Shown here in pieces: positions 18,151-27,219 of a stretch of DNA of 64,000 nucleotides. Numbering within the stretch: position 1 is the stretch's first letter; each line of letters starts with the position of its first letter. The position numbers and the translations under genes were made by a program. The notes below the pieces were generated by a model that saw only the letters and a program-made list of their open reading frames with translations, was not told the DNA's origin and searched no databases. Origin of the DNA: a virus (taxonomy: Duplodnaviria; Caudoviricetes); IMG/VR virus record IMGVR_UViG_3300001528_000621, positions 96,001 through 160,000 of that record; one strand, given 5' to 3'.

Positions 18151-18558
18151 ATGGAAAGATTTAGTCTAGAAAAGTATTTGAAGAATCCAAACAGAGAGGT
18201 TGTCTACGGAGAAGGTAAAACTCCAGCTAGAATACTTTGTACGGACCTTAAAGGTAGAACTCATCCGATCGTAGTAGCTGTCACGAACATTAAGGGAGAT
18301 GAGGAATTTACATACACCTGTTCAGAGAACGGCGAATGGAACGGCAGTCCTGTTCTGTTCTTCAAACCAGAAAAACGCTATGTTAACTTTTGGAGGTTTG
18401 GCAAAGACGGAGAGTGGCAAGTAGAAAGAGGAACATACGGGACTGCAGACGAAGCCAATGAAGCTGTTCAGGAAAAGTTTGATAGACTTGCAAAAAGTTA
18501 CTTAGACTGGGATTCGGTTTCGGTAAAGACGGTACCGGTTGAAATTTCTGAAGATTAA
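18151..18558 (+). CDS. conserved Bacteroidales-phage hypothetical protein
   Basis: FSLEKYLKNPNREVV..G...RILCTD.K...PIV. Confidence 0.75.
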   Translation: MERFSLEKYLKNPNREVVYGEGKTPARILCTDLKGRTHPIVVAVTNIKGDEEFTYTCSENGEWNGSPVLFFKPEKRYVNFWRFGKDGEWQVERGTYGTADEANEAVQEKFDRLAKSYLDWDSVSVKTVPVEISED

Positions 18559-18694
18559 CGGAATCGTCCGAAAGAAGTCTAGAAAATGGGGAGAGTGTTT
18601 CGAAAATATTCGGAAGCACTGTTCCTGTTAAATCAAAAAATGGGTATGGTTTTCTGCAAAAAATGGGTAGGTTTTATTTATATGAAAACTACAT

Positions 18695-18877
18695 ATGGAA
18701 CAGACAGTACGACCTATTCGGAGAGCTCCTTCTCTCGTACTAGAAGACATAGCTATGGTACGTAGAAGATTAGAGGAAGCTACATCGGAACGAAATAGAC
18801 ACAACCTCGAAATATGGTTAAAGTCTCTTGAAAAGGAACTATTTACAGCTAATAAATATCGATATGGAAAGAAATGA
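18695..18877 (+). CDS. small hypothetical protein
   Basis: 60 aa, helical. Confidence 0.5.
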   Translation: MEQTVRPIRRAPSLVLEDIAMVRRRLEEATSERNRHNLEIWLKSLEKELFTANKYRYGKK

Positions 18878-19064
18878 ACCGACTAAATTGACCCTAAAAC
18901 ACTACAATGAGATGTCTTGGGAAGGTCCTTGGGATGCAAACCTAGGCGATTTGATGACTGCGTTTGTAGGGTGTCTGAGAGGTGTAGGATTTGGTGAATG
19001 GGTAGTAAGGTCTATCCGAGACTGGTGTAATGAACAGCTACCGGAAGAGGACGTAGAAGAGTAA
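18864..19064 (+). CDS. small hypothetical protein
   Basis: Probable start at ATG 18864 (MERNEPTK...). Confidence 0.5.
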   Translation: MERNEPTKLTLKHYNEMSWEGPWDANLGDLMTAFVGCLRGVGFGEWVVRSIRDWCNEQLPEEDVEE

Positions 19065-19329
19065 TATCTAAGTCGTCACTAAAGAGTTACTAGAGGTTGA
19101 GAACTAAAATTTCTCAGCCTTTTTCTATATCTAACTTACAAGGGTAATAGAAGAAGAGTAATAAGAGCTTTATAGGAGAACTTGAGTATCCCTTAAAAGT
19201 AAAAGCTAAGTAATATAATCATATATGAAAGAAAATAACTAAGGAGAATCAAAGTTCTCCTAAAGATAGAATATAAAAGAAAACTAAAATAATTTCTATT
19301 ATGTTCAAAGATTTATACTATCTTTAGGT

Positions 19330-19596
19330 ATGGAAAAAAAGAAGAAGAAAAAGAAAGTAGATGAGGTACCGGTAGAGGTTTTTGAACTTCATCAATTGTG
19401 GGAAATCATATACAGGGAGGATAGGTATAGGACAGGACAATACTTAGCTATTCGTATGGAACATAAAGGGTTTCCTAAAATTGAAAAGGTCTTGGAACAA
19501 ATAAAATTAGCATCGGGACATACGTTCCCTGACTTAGTAAAAATTGAATTGGTTCAAGAGGGTTGGAAAAGTCTCACCAAGGAGAAAGTAGTGTAG
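19330..19596 (+). CDS. hypothetical protein, start uncertain
   Basis: 88-aa ORF after the promoter at 19319. Confidence 0.45.
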   Translation: MEKKKKKKKVDEVPVEVFELHQLWEIIYREDRYRTGQYLAIRMEHKGFPKIEKVLEQIKLASGHTFPDLVKIELVQEGWKSLTKEKVV

Positions 19597-20067
19597 AGAG
19601 GAAGGTATAATAATTCAGAGATGAAAGATAAAAGAAATAATAATAGAAAATATGACAGTATATTCTCAGTCCCCTTTATGTGGGAAAAGTAAATATATTT
19701 AGATGTATTAAAGAGAAAGAAGTAGAACTAGAGTGAAAAGAACTATTAGAAATTACAATAGAAAAAGAATGCAAAGGAAAGAATAATAAGGAGAAATAAA
19801 AGAGATAAGAGGTAAAGTGGAGAAGAAGGAGAAAATAAGGAAATAAGGTGTAAAAGAAGTGTGTATTTAATATAATGGAAGGAGAGGATAGAAAAAGGAA
19901 CCGGGTATTATCTTGAGAATCTATAACTTATCAGGAATTTTTCTTTATAATCCCCGACACCCTCTCAATGAGTTACCCGAATCCTTTTAACGGAATCCTG
20001 CATAAGACAGTTACAAAAAGTTACAGTATCTTTTAGGTTTCCTCAACCTCAGCCTATTTATAGTTGT

Positions 20068-20508
20068 ACTGAGGAGTTCCTCTAAGGTTGAAAAGACATA
20101 TAAGAGAAACTAGGAGAGTAAATAAACCTTACGAATCCAAGAAGTCTCAGGAATAAAGGGAACACGGTTGTCTAGATGGCATTTACGAAACCACCCCGAG
20201 GGGTTAAAAGGAGTAGACGAAATCACTTACATTCAGGAGACATTATTAGATTAAGGGTTAAGTTAAATCCCAGGATTATCTTAGTTGGAAAGAATATAAT
20301 AGAGTTTCAGTTATTGGTTATCCGAGAAAAAGGATATTAACTAACAGGCTCGGCCGTATGGGAGTCCGGAGTTAGACAGCTGAAAACGTTTATGTTTTAG
20401 TTAGTTACAGTTCTACCTCTTAGGTGCAGACTATGTGAAAGTCTCAGACCTAGCTACCGAGGTAGGAATCCCTATGTAATAACCTTTAGTGGGTCTTAAT
20501 CTTTCAGC
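20068..20508 (+). ncRNA. candidate large structured ncRNA (~440 nt)
   Basis: ORF-free; follows a TATTTAT late promoter (20055); 5'/3' closing helix and at least 10 nested helices found by eye. Confidence 0.65.
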
Positions 20509-20631
20509 ATTTATTATTATCTTTAGGTATGGAAAGAAAGAGAGATATAACATTTCCCGGATATCGAGGAAACCCCACTAACAAAGGAAAGGACATACCT
20601 CCTTTCATACTGTCCCCTTACAAAGAGATAG

Positions 20632-21099
20632 ATGTTAGAAAATACAAACCAGTCTCGTAAAGGTCCTTTATCGGTTTTTAAAGCAGGGAAGTATGTAGGC
20701 AATCGCATAGAGGATATCATAAAGAAAGACCCGTACTACTTTATATGGGCTGTAAAGGAGTGGTTAAATGTATCCCCAGAGCAGGCGTCCCTCTTTGAAG
20801 AGGTAACGAATGGAGGAATTATACCAGAAAAGTACATTGTAAGTCCTACTAGAAAAGAGGAACCTTTAGTAGACATTCCTTATTTATCTTGGGGACCAGA
20901 AGGGGTATGTGAGGTAAAGAATCCAGTGTACTATATTCCTAATTACGATTTTGACCCTGACCTGGCTCCTGATTTTTGGAAAGAATTCAAGAAAGCTTTA
21001 ACACCGGAAATGGGTGAAGCTGAGAGAGGAAACCTTTTTAGAAGACTCCAGGACGAATACAACAAGAAATGCTTAGCTCTCTACTTAGATGAAAAGTAA
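20632..21099 (+). CDS. DUF3820/ExoX-C-terminal-like protein
   Basis: FKAGKYVGNRIEDII..DPYY..W. Confidence 0.6.
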   Translation: MLENTNQSRKGPLSVFKAGKYVGNRIEDIIKKDPYYFIWAVKEWLNVSPEQASLFEEVTNGGIIPEKYIVSPTRKEEPLVDIPYLSWGPEGVCEVKNPVYYIPNYDFDPDLAPDFWKEFKKALTPEMGEAERGNLFRRLQDEYNKKCLALYLDEK

Positions 21100-21511
21100 A
21101 GATTACGTTAAGGTTGTTTGGAATAAAAGAAACATATGTCCTTCTCTTACTACGTTTCTAGAAAAAGTTTCTAATAGTAAGATAGAAAAGCTCAGACTAG
21201 AAGCACAGCAAGGAAACGCTTACAGATGGGCCTTAGAAGGTATTAAGGATGTAAGCTGGACGTCCTGGGCTAGTAGAGAAGCTAACACCCTCTTTAAAGC
21301 TCTCAGGTGGCCTCTTTATGAAGCTTTTGGCGATGATCTCATAGCTGTGGCTTCAGAAAACGGTACCCTTAATATCTTACTAAAAGGAGAGGAGTCCCTC
21401 TTCCGTAAAGTAAAAATTAATAAAAAGGTTCAATTAAACCGTATTGTAGGTAAGCCTCCTGTTCCATACTATATCCTTGTTTCTTACCCTAAAGATAAGA
21501 CAAAAGCGTGA
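21089..21511 (+). CDS. hypothetical protein
   Basis: 140 aa; followed by the terminator ACCTGC-TAAAAA-GCAGGT and a U-tract. Confidence 0.6.
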   Translation: MKSKDYVKVVWNKRNICPSLTTFLEKVSNSKIEKLRLEAQQGNAYRWALEGIKDVSWTSWASREANTLFKALRWPLYEAFGDDLIAVASENGTLNILLKGEESLFRKVKINKKVQLNRIVGKPPVPYYILVSYPKDKTKA

Positions 21512-21719
21512 AAGACCTGCTAAAAAGCAGGTTATTTTTTTATGTTTTGGTTTTAAAGACTCACAAAAGACAGCTATCTTTAGGTTAGGAATTAACAGAT
21601 ATAGAAACAGAGAGGAAATAAAAGTCCAAAATTAAAATAGAAAGCCTTTTATCACTCACAAAAACATCTTATCTTTAGCTTAGAAATTAAAAACAAATAA
21701 TAATTAAAACCAAAGAATT

Positions 21720-22091
21720 ATGACGTATAACAAAATTGACAAGAAGACGGCCAAGGGTCTGAATCTCAAGCAGACAGTTCTCATCGAGACTATTACTGAG
21801 AACGAGAAGACAATCACTAATATCTACCTTAATAACTCCAGAAAGAGAAGTGAGGCCTTCTACGAGATGTTCAAGGACGAGGAGAAAGAATTTAAGTTCT
21901 CAAAGAAGAAAGATCCGGTACAGAAGAGCTACCGACTCCTAAAATTTCAGAAAGCTCTCGACGAAGTCGGGAATAAGGGGGCTAAGGAAGGGGTAAGCTT
22001 CTATCAGAGCGAAACCTACAAAGAAAACCCAGTAAAGGAGACTCCAAAGGAAGAGGCTGAGACACTTGTAGTAGAGAAGATCGAAGAGTAG
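21720..22091 (+). CDS. putative highly expressed early protein (paralog of 26782)
   Basis: Tandem promoters at 21575 and 21670; YN.I.KK.AK.LN.KQTVLIETI...YLNNS..RSEA. Confidence 0.8.
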   Translation: MTYNKIDKKTAKGLNLKQTVLIETITENEKTITNIYLNNSRKRSEAFYEMFKDEEKEFKFSKKKDPVQKSYRLLKFQKALDEVGNKGAKEGVSFYQSETYKENPVKETPKEEAETLVVEKIEE

Positions 22092-22201
22092 GAAAAAAAA
22101 ATGAATAAAGAGCTCTAAAAATGTAGGGCTCTTTTTCTATTTTTCTTTTTAAGACTCACAAAAAGCTATTATCTTTAGGTCAGAAATTAAAAATAAAAAT
22201 T

Positions 22202-22429
22202 ATGCAAAAGACCTACAAAATACTTTACAGTCACCAAGATAGGTGTCACAAATATGAGGGAACAATAGAACATCTCGTAGAGCACGTATTTGGATATACA
22301 TTAGAATGTGGGCATAGTTGGAATAGTAAAATTCCTCTTAAACCAAAAACAGCCAAATCCTTGGTAAAAGCTCTCAACGACAGTGCAGAGGTATGTAGGC
22401 ATTATTCTGATTATTATAAACTAGGGTAA
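22202..22429 (+). CDS. conserved phage hypothetical protein
   Basis: EGT.E.L...FGYTLECG.SWN.KI...PKTAKSLV.ALN. Confidence 0.7.
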   Translation: MQKTYKILYSHQDRCHKYEGTIEHLVEHVFGYTLECGHSWNSKIPLKPKTAKSLVKALNDSAEVCRHYSDYYKLG

Positions 22430-22435
22430 GCATAT

Positions 22436-23296
22436 ATGGAAAATAGTGTAATGGTAACGTTTAATAGCCAGAGCTTGGCTACGCAGTTTCTCAACGAAAA
22501 TGAGATAAGGAGGAGGTGTCCCCTAGCGTATGTGGACTCTCCTACAAACGAAAAGGTGAGTGACAAGTACGTTTTAGCTAATACAGCTACAGTAATCTCT
22601 GATATGGAGAGACTTGGTTGGGAGGTTGTAGAAGCAAAGCAGAGGAAAACTCATAAAGACTCATCAGGAAGGTTTAGCTTCCATATGGTAGTTTTTCAGA
22701 ATCCTCAACTCAAGATAACGAAAACTACGGAGGAAGGAGAAGTCATAGATTGTTATCCTAGACTCATACTTACCAACTCTCACGACGGACTTAATTGCTT
22801 CAAGTTTATGGTTGGTCTCTTCAGACTGGTCTGCAGTAACGGACTTATTATAGCGACCGATGAGTTTATGGACCTGAAAATAAGGCACATATACTACAAC
22901 TTCGATGAGCTCAGAAACATTCTGGAAGAAGCAATCCAGCAAGTAGCTTTTAAGGTTGAAAGGATGACTCTTGCAGCAGGAAAGATACTTACTGTAGAGG
23001 AGAGATATGAACTCGCAACCAGAGCTATAGCTATTAGGAAGGGCTGTGAGGAAAATGAGGTCCACCTTTCTCAGGAAACCCTAGATGAAATCTTGACACC
23101 GTTGAGGAAAGAAGATGAAGGAAACAGCTTATGGAAGACTTTCAACGTTATCCAGGAAAAGACTATTAAAGGAGGGTTCTCAATGGAAAACGCTAAAGGG
23201 AAGGTACAGAAGGTTAGAAAAATCACCTCTTTTGTAAAAGATCTGGACATAAATACACAGCTCTGGAGAGCAATGGAAGAATTTCTTGTAGAGTAA
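22436..23296 (+). CDS. DUF932/DUF945-family protein
   Basis: VSDKY...T..VI, H.V.F, LTNSHDG, GLFRLVCSNGL, LW.TFN.IQE. Confidence 0.85.
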   Translation: MENSVMVTFNSQSLATQFLNENEIRRRCPLAYVDSPTNEKVSDKYVLANTATVISDMERLGWEVVEAKQRKTHKDSSGRFSFHMVVFQNPQLKITKTTEEGEVIDCYPRLILTNSHDGLNCFKFMVGLFRLVCSNGLIIATDEFMDLKIRHIYYNFDELRNILEEAIQQVAFKVERMTLAAGKILTVEERYELATRAIAIRKGCEENEVHLSQETLDEILTPLRKEDEGNSLWKTFNVIQEKTIKGGFSMENAKGKVQKVRKITSFVKDLDINTQLWRAMEEFLVE

Positions 23297-23360
23297 CAAT
23301 GAATACTCACAAATTCTATTTATCTTTAGGTCAGAAATTAAAAATAAAAGATATAGATAA

Positions 23361-23618
23361 ATGGATAAGCGAGCTATAATTTATGCCTTGAAGGAGTGCA
23401 ACTTAACAGCTAAAGATATTTCTTCTATTGAGGACGGAGATACTAAAGCTAAAATTTATCTTCAGAGAGGAAAAGGATGTATTTACGTAGAGCAGATTAC
23501 AACAGTTTTCAGAAGAAAGAAACAGCCAGATGGACGAATGAGCATGTATATAACACATCCAGACAACCTATACAAATATAGGTACAATGCAGGAAAATGG
23601 GCCTCATTTGAACTCTGA
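23361..23618 (+). CDS. hypothetical protein
   Basis: Repeat leader upstream. Confidence 0.6.
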   Translation: MDKRAIIYALKECNLTAKDISSIEDGDTKAKIYLQRGKGCIYVEQITTVFRRKKQPDGRMSMYITHPDNLYKYRYNAGKWASFEL

Positions 23619-23641
23619 ATCTCTTAAATCATCATACACTT

Positions 23642-24025
23642 ATGAAGGTTGTATATTCTAAGATTATCCCGTTCAAGGGTTACCTAGCAATAAACCTGTT
23701 CGGGGTAATCTTTGTCAGAGCAGAAAGAAGAGAAGCTATTGAGAAGCATCCAGGATGGTTCACCCGCACTTGGACCCATGAATCTATTCATACAGAGCAG
23801 ATGAAGGAGACCTTCTACATCGGTTTCTACATTCTTTATCTCTTATTCTGGATTTTTAGGCTTCTTACTCCTCCAATGAATACTGCTTACAAAGATATCT
23901 CATTCGAGCAAGAAGCATATCTTAATGAGGACAACCCCGACTACATCAAGACAAGAAAGCCGTACGCTTGGATGCAATATCAGTTAAAAAGCTACAGAAA
24001 AAGCTTAGAAGATCAGAAAAAATAG
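23642..24025 (+). CDS. HExxH zinc-metallopeptidase-like membrane-associated protein
   Basis: IPFKGY.AINLFG.IF.R, HESIHTEQMKE, AY..ISFE.EAY. Confidence 0.75.
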   Translation: MKVVYSKIIPFKGYLAINLFGVIFVRAERREAIEKHPGWFTRTWTHESIHTEQMKETFYIGFYILYLLFWIFRLLTPPMNTAYKDISFEQEAYLNEDNPDYIKTRKPYAWMQYQLKSYRKSLEDQKK

Positions 24026-24048
24026 CTATCTTTAGCTTAGAAAGAAAG

Positions 24049-24288
24049 ATGAACAAGAAAGAGATAGAAAGACTAAAGAACACAGGCTATAGAGAAAGAG
24101 AAGGTCTAGATAGAAGAGACTACAATAGAGCTATATTAGACAAGCTTAAAAGGATAGTAGAAGAGTACCCTGACCAGAGGTTTGGGCAAATTATAGCTAA
24201 CTATGTACTCCCTAATTATAGAAACAAAGACATCTTCTTTGAAGAGTCTAAAGAAACATACAAAACAGTTAAAACGTTATGTGGCTAG
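24049..24288 (+). CDS. hypothetical protein
   Basis: Start moved to ATG 24049, after the promoter at 24027; YPDQRFGQII.N...D.FFEES. Confidence 0.7.
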   Translation: MNKKEIERLKNTGYREREGLDRRDYNRAILDKLKRIVEEYPDQRFGQIIANYVLPNYRNKDIFFEESKETYKTVKTLCG

Positions 24289-24773
24289 AAGAAAAAGAAG
24301 AATACTGGAAGAAGAGGAAAGAAAGAACATCCTTTAATGTCCCTTCTTTAGGTGAAGAGATATATACGTCAACAGGAATGGTCTTGGTACCAGAAACAGG
24401 ACCTAAGATGCCTGAAGAGCTTCAAGTAAAGATGATAAACACCCTTAGGTGGTTTTTTAGCTCAGGTGTACGCATAGAAGTCTTTACTGAGAATGAATCA
24501 GTGAGATTTAGAGTGCTATCAGGTTATAATCCAAAATTGATTGCAATCTTTTCAGACGTCTCTAACATAGAAAAGGACCTATCAGAACTAAGGAAGAGAA
24601 TAAATGACGAAGACAGTAAATTCAAGAAATGTAAACTCTTCTTTCTCAAATATGATTGTGAACCAGAAATGAACTCGTTCAACATAGTGTTCAACGCTAA
24701 TTGGAGAAAGTATGAAAACTACGAGATTCTTTTCAGGTCTAAAACTCAGCTAAGAAGAGCTAGAGAATATTAA
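24279..24773 (+). CDS. hypothetical protein
   Basis: 164-aa ORF. Confidence 0.55.
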   Translation: MWLEEKEEYWKKRKERTSFNVPSLGEEIYTSTGMVLVPETGPKMPEELQVKMINTLRWFFSSGVRIEVFTENESVRFRVLSGYNPKLIAIFSDVSNIEKDLSELRKRINDEDSKFKKCKLFFLKYDCEPEMNSFNIVFNANWRKYENYEILFRSKTQLRRAREY

Positions 24774-24803
24774 AATAACAACAACACTATTTATCTTTAG
24801 CTT

Positions 24804-24995
24804 ATGACAGATATAAAATCAGCTAAAGAAGTAGCTATCCAGAACGGATGCACTTACGAAGAGCTATATTATGCCGCAGCTTACGGAACATTAAAAGGTA
24901 AGCTAGAGGGTATCATCGATTATGGTAAGAGCTATGAGACAGCTGAAGAACTCTACAATTTCATCCTAAAAACTTGCAAGGATGTTATCAAGTAG
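24804..24995 (+). CDS. small hypothetical protein
   Basis: 63 aa, after the promoter at 24792. Confidence 0.55.
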   Translation: MTDIKSAKEVAIQNGCTYEELYYAAAYGTLKGKLEGIIDYGKSYETAEELYNFILKTCKDVIK

Positions 24996-25067
24996 TGTAA
25001 GTCCATAATTTTTAATTGTTAATGATGGGGAAAGGAGTCCGCCGCGATGGTGTGCTCCTTTTTTTTT
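24996..25067 (+). ncRNA. candidate 3'-UTR sRNA with an anti-start-codon seed and a GNRA-capped terminator (copy 2)
   Basis: CCATAATTTTTAATTGTTAAT then GGGGAAAGGAGT-CCGCC-GCGA-TGGTG-TGCTCCTT and a U-tract. Confidence 0.4.
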
Positions 25068-25138
25068 GTTTAACTTTTAGTATTAAAACTCACAAAAATA
25101 TGCTATCTTTAGCTTAGAAATTAAAAATAAAAGAACAC

Positions 25139-25699
25139 ATGGGTATTAAAAAGACAGTAATCCCCCTAATAGGAGCACTTACATTGGGATTAATTTCAGT
25201 CTATGAATTAGGGGAACGTCAAGGCAAAGTGTCCCAGCAAAGGCTATATCAGGACGAACTAGCAATACAGCAAGAAATCATCGTAGAGCTACAGAAGTGG
25301 CAGAAAGATAGTCTGGATGAATGGATGATGTTAGAGATGGCTATAATGATGACAGAAAGTAGATACAATCCAAACGCTGTAGGAAAAAGTAAAGACCAGG
25401 GCGTGTTTCAGCAGACTCCGATTTACGTTAAGGAGGTTAATAGGATACTAGAAAAGGTAGGTGTTTCTCAAAGATACACTCACGAAGATTCTTTCAACAT
25501 AAAGAAGTCTATCGAGATGTTTAACATAATCCAGAACTACTACAATCCCCAGCACTCCCCTTCAGTAGCTATACAAAAGCAGAATCCCGGAGGAGAATCT
25601 ATAGGATATTCAAAGAAGGTATACGAGAATCTCATCTTTATTGAGAGAATGGAGACAGCTAGAAGAGAATTGATAAATTACCACAAAGAGAGACATTAA
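25139..25699 (+). CDS. membrane-anchored lytic transglycosylase-like protein
   Basis: N-terminal TM/signal segment; TESRYNPNAVG...GVFQ (SLT catalytic Glu). Confidence 0.75.
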   Translation: MGIKKTVIPLIGALTLGLISVYELGERQGKVSQQRLYQDELAIQQEIIVELQKWQKDSLDEWMMLEMAIMMTESRYNPNAVGKSKDQGVFQQTPIYVKEVNRILEKVGVSQRYTHEDSFNIKKSIEMFNIIQNYYNPQHSPSVAIQKQNPGGESIGYSKKVYENLIFIERMETARRELINYHKERH

Positions 25700-25794
25700 G
25701 GAGAAGCTAGGTATCCTTTAGGAAGATTAAAGTAAATATGCTCTTAATATAATTTATTATAAGAGAGATCTAATTAAAGAATACCTGAGGAAAG

Positions 25795-26352
25795 ATGATG
25801 AAAAAGACTTTAGTGATTCATCCAAAAGACCCGACAACGGACGTACTTTGTGAGATATATAGGGACAGGGCTTGGACTATCATCCGAGACCCCGAAACCT
25901 CTATGAATGAAATAAAGAGACAGATACGTCTTCACGACAGAATCATAATGTTGGGTCACGGAACACCTCAAGGTCTTTTAGCTAGTCATCAGGAAGGAGA
26001 GAAGTATACTCAATTCTACAGATTCATCATCAATAGTGATTTGGAATATGAACTGAGAAATAAAGAAACACTCTCTATTTGGTGTAATTCAGATGCTTTC
26101 TTTCGTAAGCTAGGCTTGAAAGGCCTTCACACCGGGATGATTATCAGTGAGGTTCAAGAAGAAATGTATGTGTTAGGTAAAGAGATATTAACGAAAGAAG
26201 AGATGTATGAGAATATGAAAAGATTTAGTGAAGCTTTTAGAAAGAATATTGATGAGGAAGATGTAGAAGAAATGAAAAGAAAAATATTGGAGGAATATAC
26301 AGGAAAGGATGAGGTGACAAAACACAATAGGGAAAAAATAATTATTATTTAA
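25795..26352 (+). CDS. conserved phage hypothetical protein
   Basis: KTLVIHPKDPTTD.L, IIMLGHGTP.GL, IWCNSD.F, TGMIISE. Confidence 0.75.
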   Translation: MMKKTLVIHPKDPTTDVLCEIYRDRAWTIIRDPETSMNEIKRQIRLHDRIIMLGHGTPQGLLASHQEGEKYTQFYRFIINSDLEYELRNKETLSIWCNSDAFFRKLGLKGLHTGMIISEVQEEMYVLGKEILTKEEMYENMKRFSEAFRKNIDEEDVEEMKRKILEEYTGKDEVTKHNREKIIII

Positions 26353-26449
26353 TCTATTAAAAGTCTCAATAAATTAAAGCGTTGAACTTTTATTTTATAA
26401 ACCACAAAAACACCTTATCTTTAGGTTAGAAATTAAAAACAAAACAATT

Positions 26450-26623
26450 ATGGCACCAATAGACATCATTACTGATCTTTTGAATCAACAAGCTGAAATT
26501 TCTCTACAGAATATGGAGAATGTTACCTACAATTCAGATGCATACCACTATTATAGAGGAGAGGTAGGAGCTCTCAGAGAAGCAATAGACAATCTTAGAA
26601 ATTTGGAAAAGCTTTTTAGATAG
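26450..26623 (+). CDS. small hypothetical protein (57 aa, not in the ORF track)
   Basis: Full promoter/leader repeat directly upstream; MAPIDIITDLLNQQ... Confidence 0.65.
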   Translation: MAPIDIITDLLNQQAEISLQNMENVTYNSDAYHYYRGEVGALREAIDNLRNLEKLFR

Positions 26624-26781
26624 ACTCACGAAAGTCTATTATCTTTAGAGCAGAAGAAAAAAGATAAACAAATCGAATAAAAAATAAAAGAAAAAAGATT
26701 TAGAACATTCACAAAATTCGATTATCTTTAGGTTAGAAATTAAAAACAAAAGCATATTAACAATTAAAAACCAAAAACATT

Positions 26782-27219
26782 ATGGCACAGTACAACAACA
26801 TCAGTAAGAAGGACGCAAAGGCTCTCAACAACAAGCAGACAGTTCTTATCGAGACTATCGAGTATCAGAAAGAGCTGAAAGACGGCACCAAGAAAACGGT
26901 AAAAGAGGTAAATGTATATCTCAACAATTCAAAGAGAAGGAGTGAAGCTTACTACGGAATGTTCAAAGACGAAGACAAGAACTTTGCATTCTCAAAGAAG
27001 AAGGACCTAGTCCAGAAAAGCTACAGACTTCTGAAATTCTTTAGAGCTCTCGAAGAAATCGGAGAAGCAGGAGCAAAGGAAGGAGTAAAGTTCTTTAAGA
27101 GTGAGAATTACGTAGAAGATGTAGTAGTAGAGGAGAAGAAGGAAGAAACTCTTGAGACGCCAGCTGAAGAGGTGGAGGTTGAGATACCTAAACAAACAGA
27201 AGAGAAAATAGAGGCATAA
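26782..27219 (+). CDS. putative highly expressed early protein (paralog of 21720)
   Basis: Tandem promoters at 26640 and 26723; clear identity to 21720 along the core; acidic tail. Confidence 0.8.
   Translation: MAQYNNISKKDAKALNNKQTVLIETIEYQKELKDGTKKTVKEVNVYLNNSKRRSEAYYGMFKDEDKNFAFSKKKDLVQKSYRLLKFFRALEEIGEAGAKEGVKFFKSENYVEDVVVEEKKEETLETPAEEVEVEIPKQTEEKIEA

Noticed and set aside
20068-20508. tmRNA, RNase P, group I or group II intron identity for the structured element
   Set aside because: No tRNA-like CCA end, no GAGGAAAGUCC P4 motif, the AGACU/AGUCU spacing is too short for P7-P8, no convincing domain V, and no interrupted host gene
20529-20660. 43-aa ORF starting 2 nt after the TATCTTTAG motif
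   Set aside because: The ATG probably lies upstream of the transcription start, and the ORF overlaps the better-supported 20632 gene
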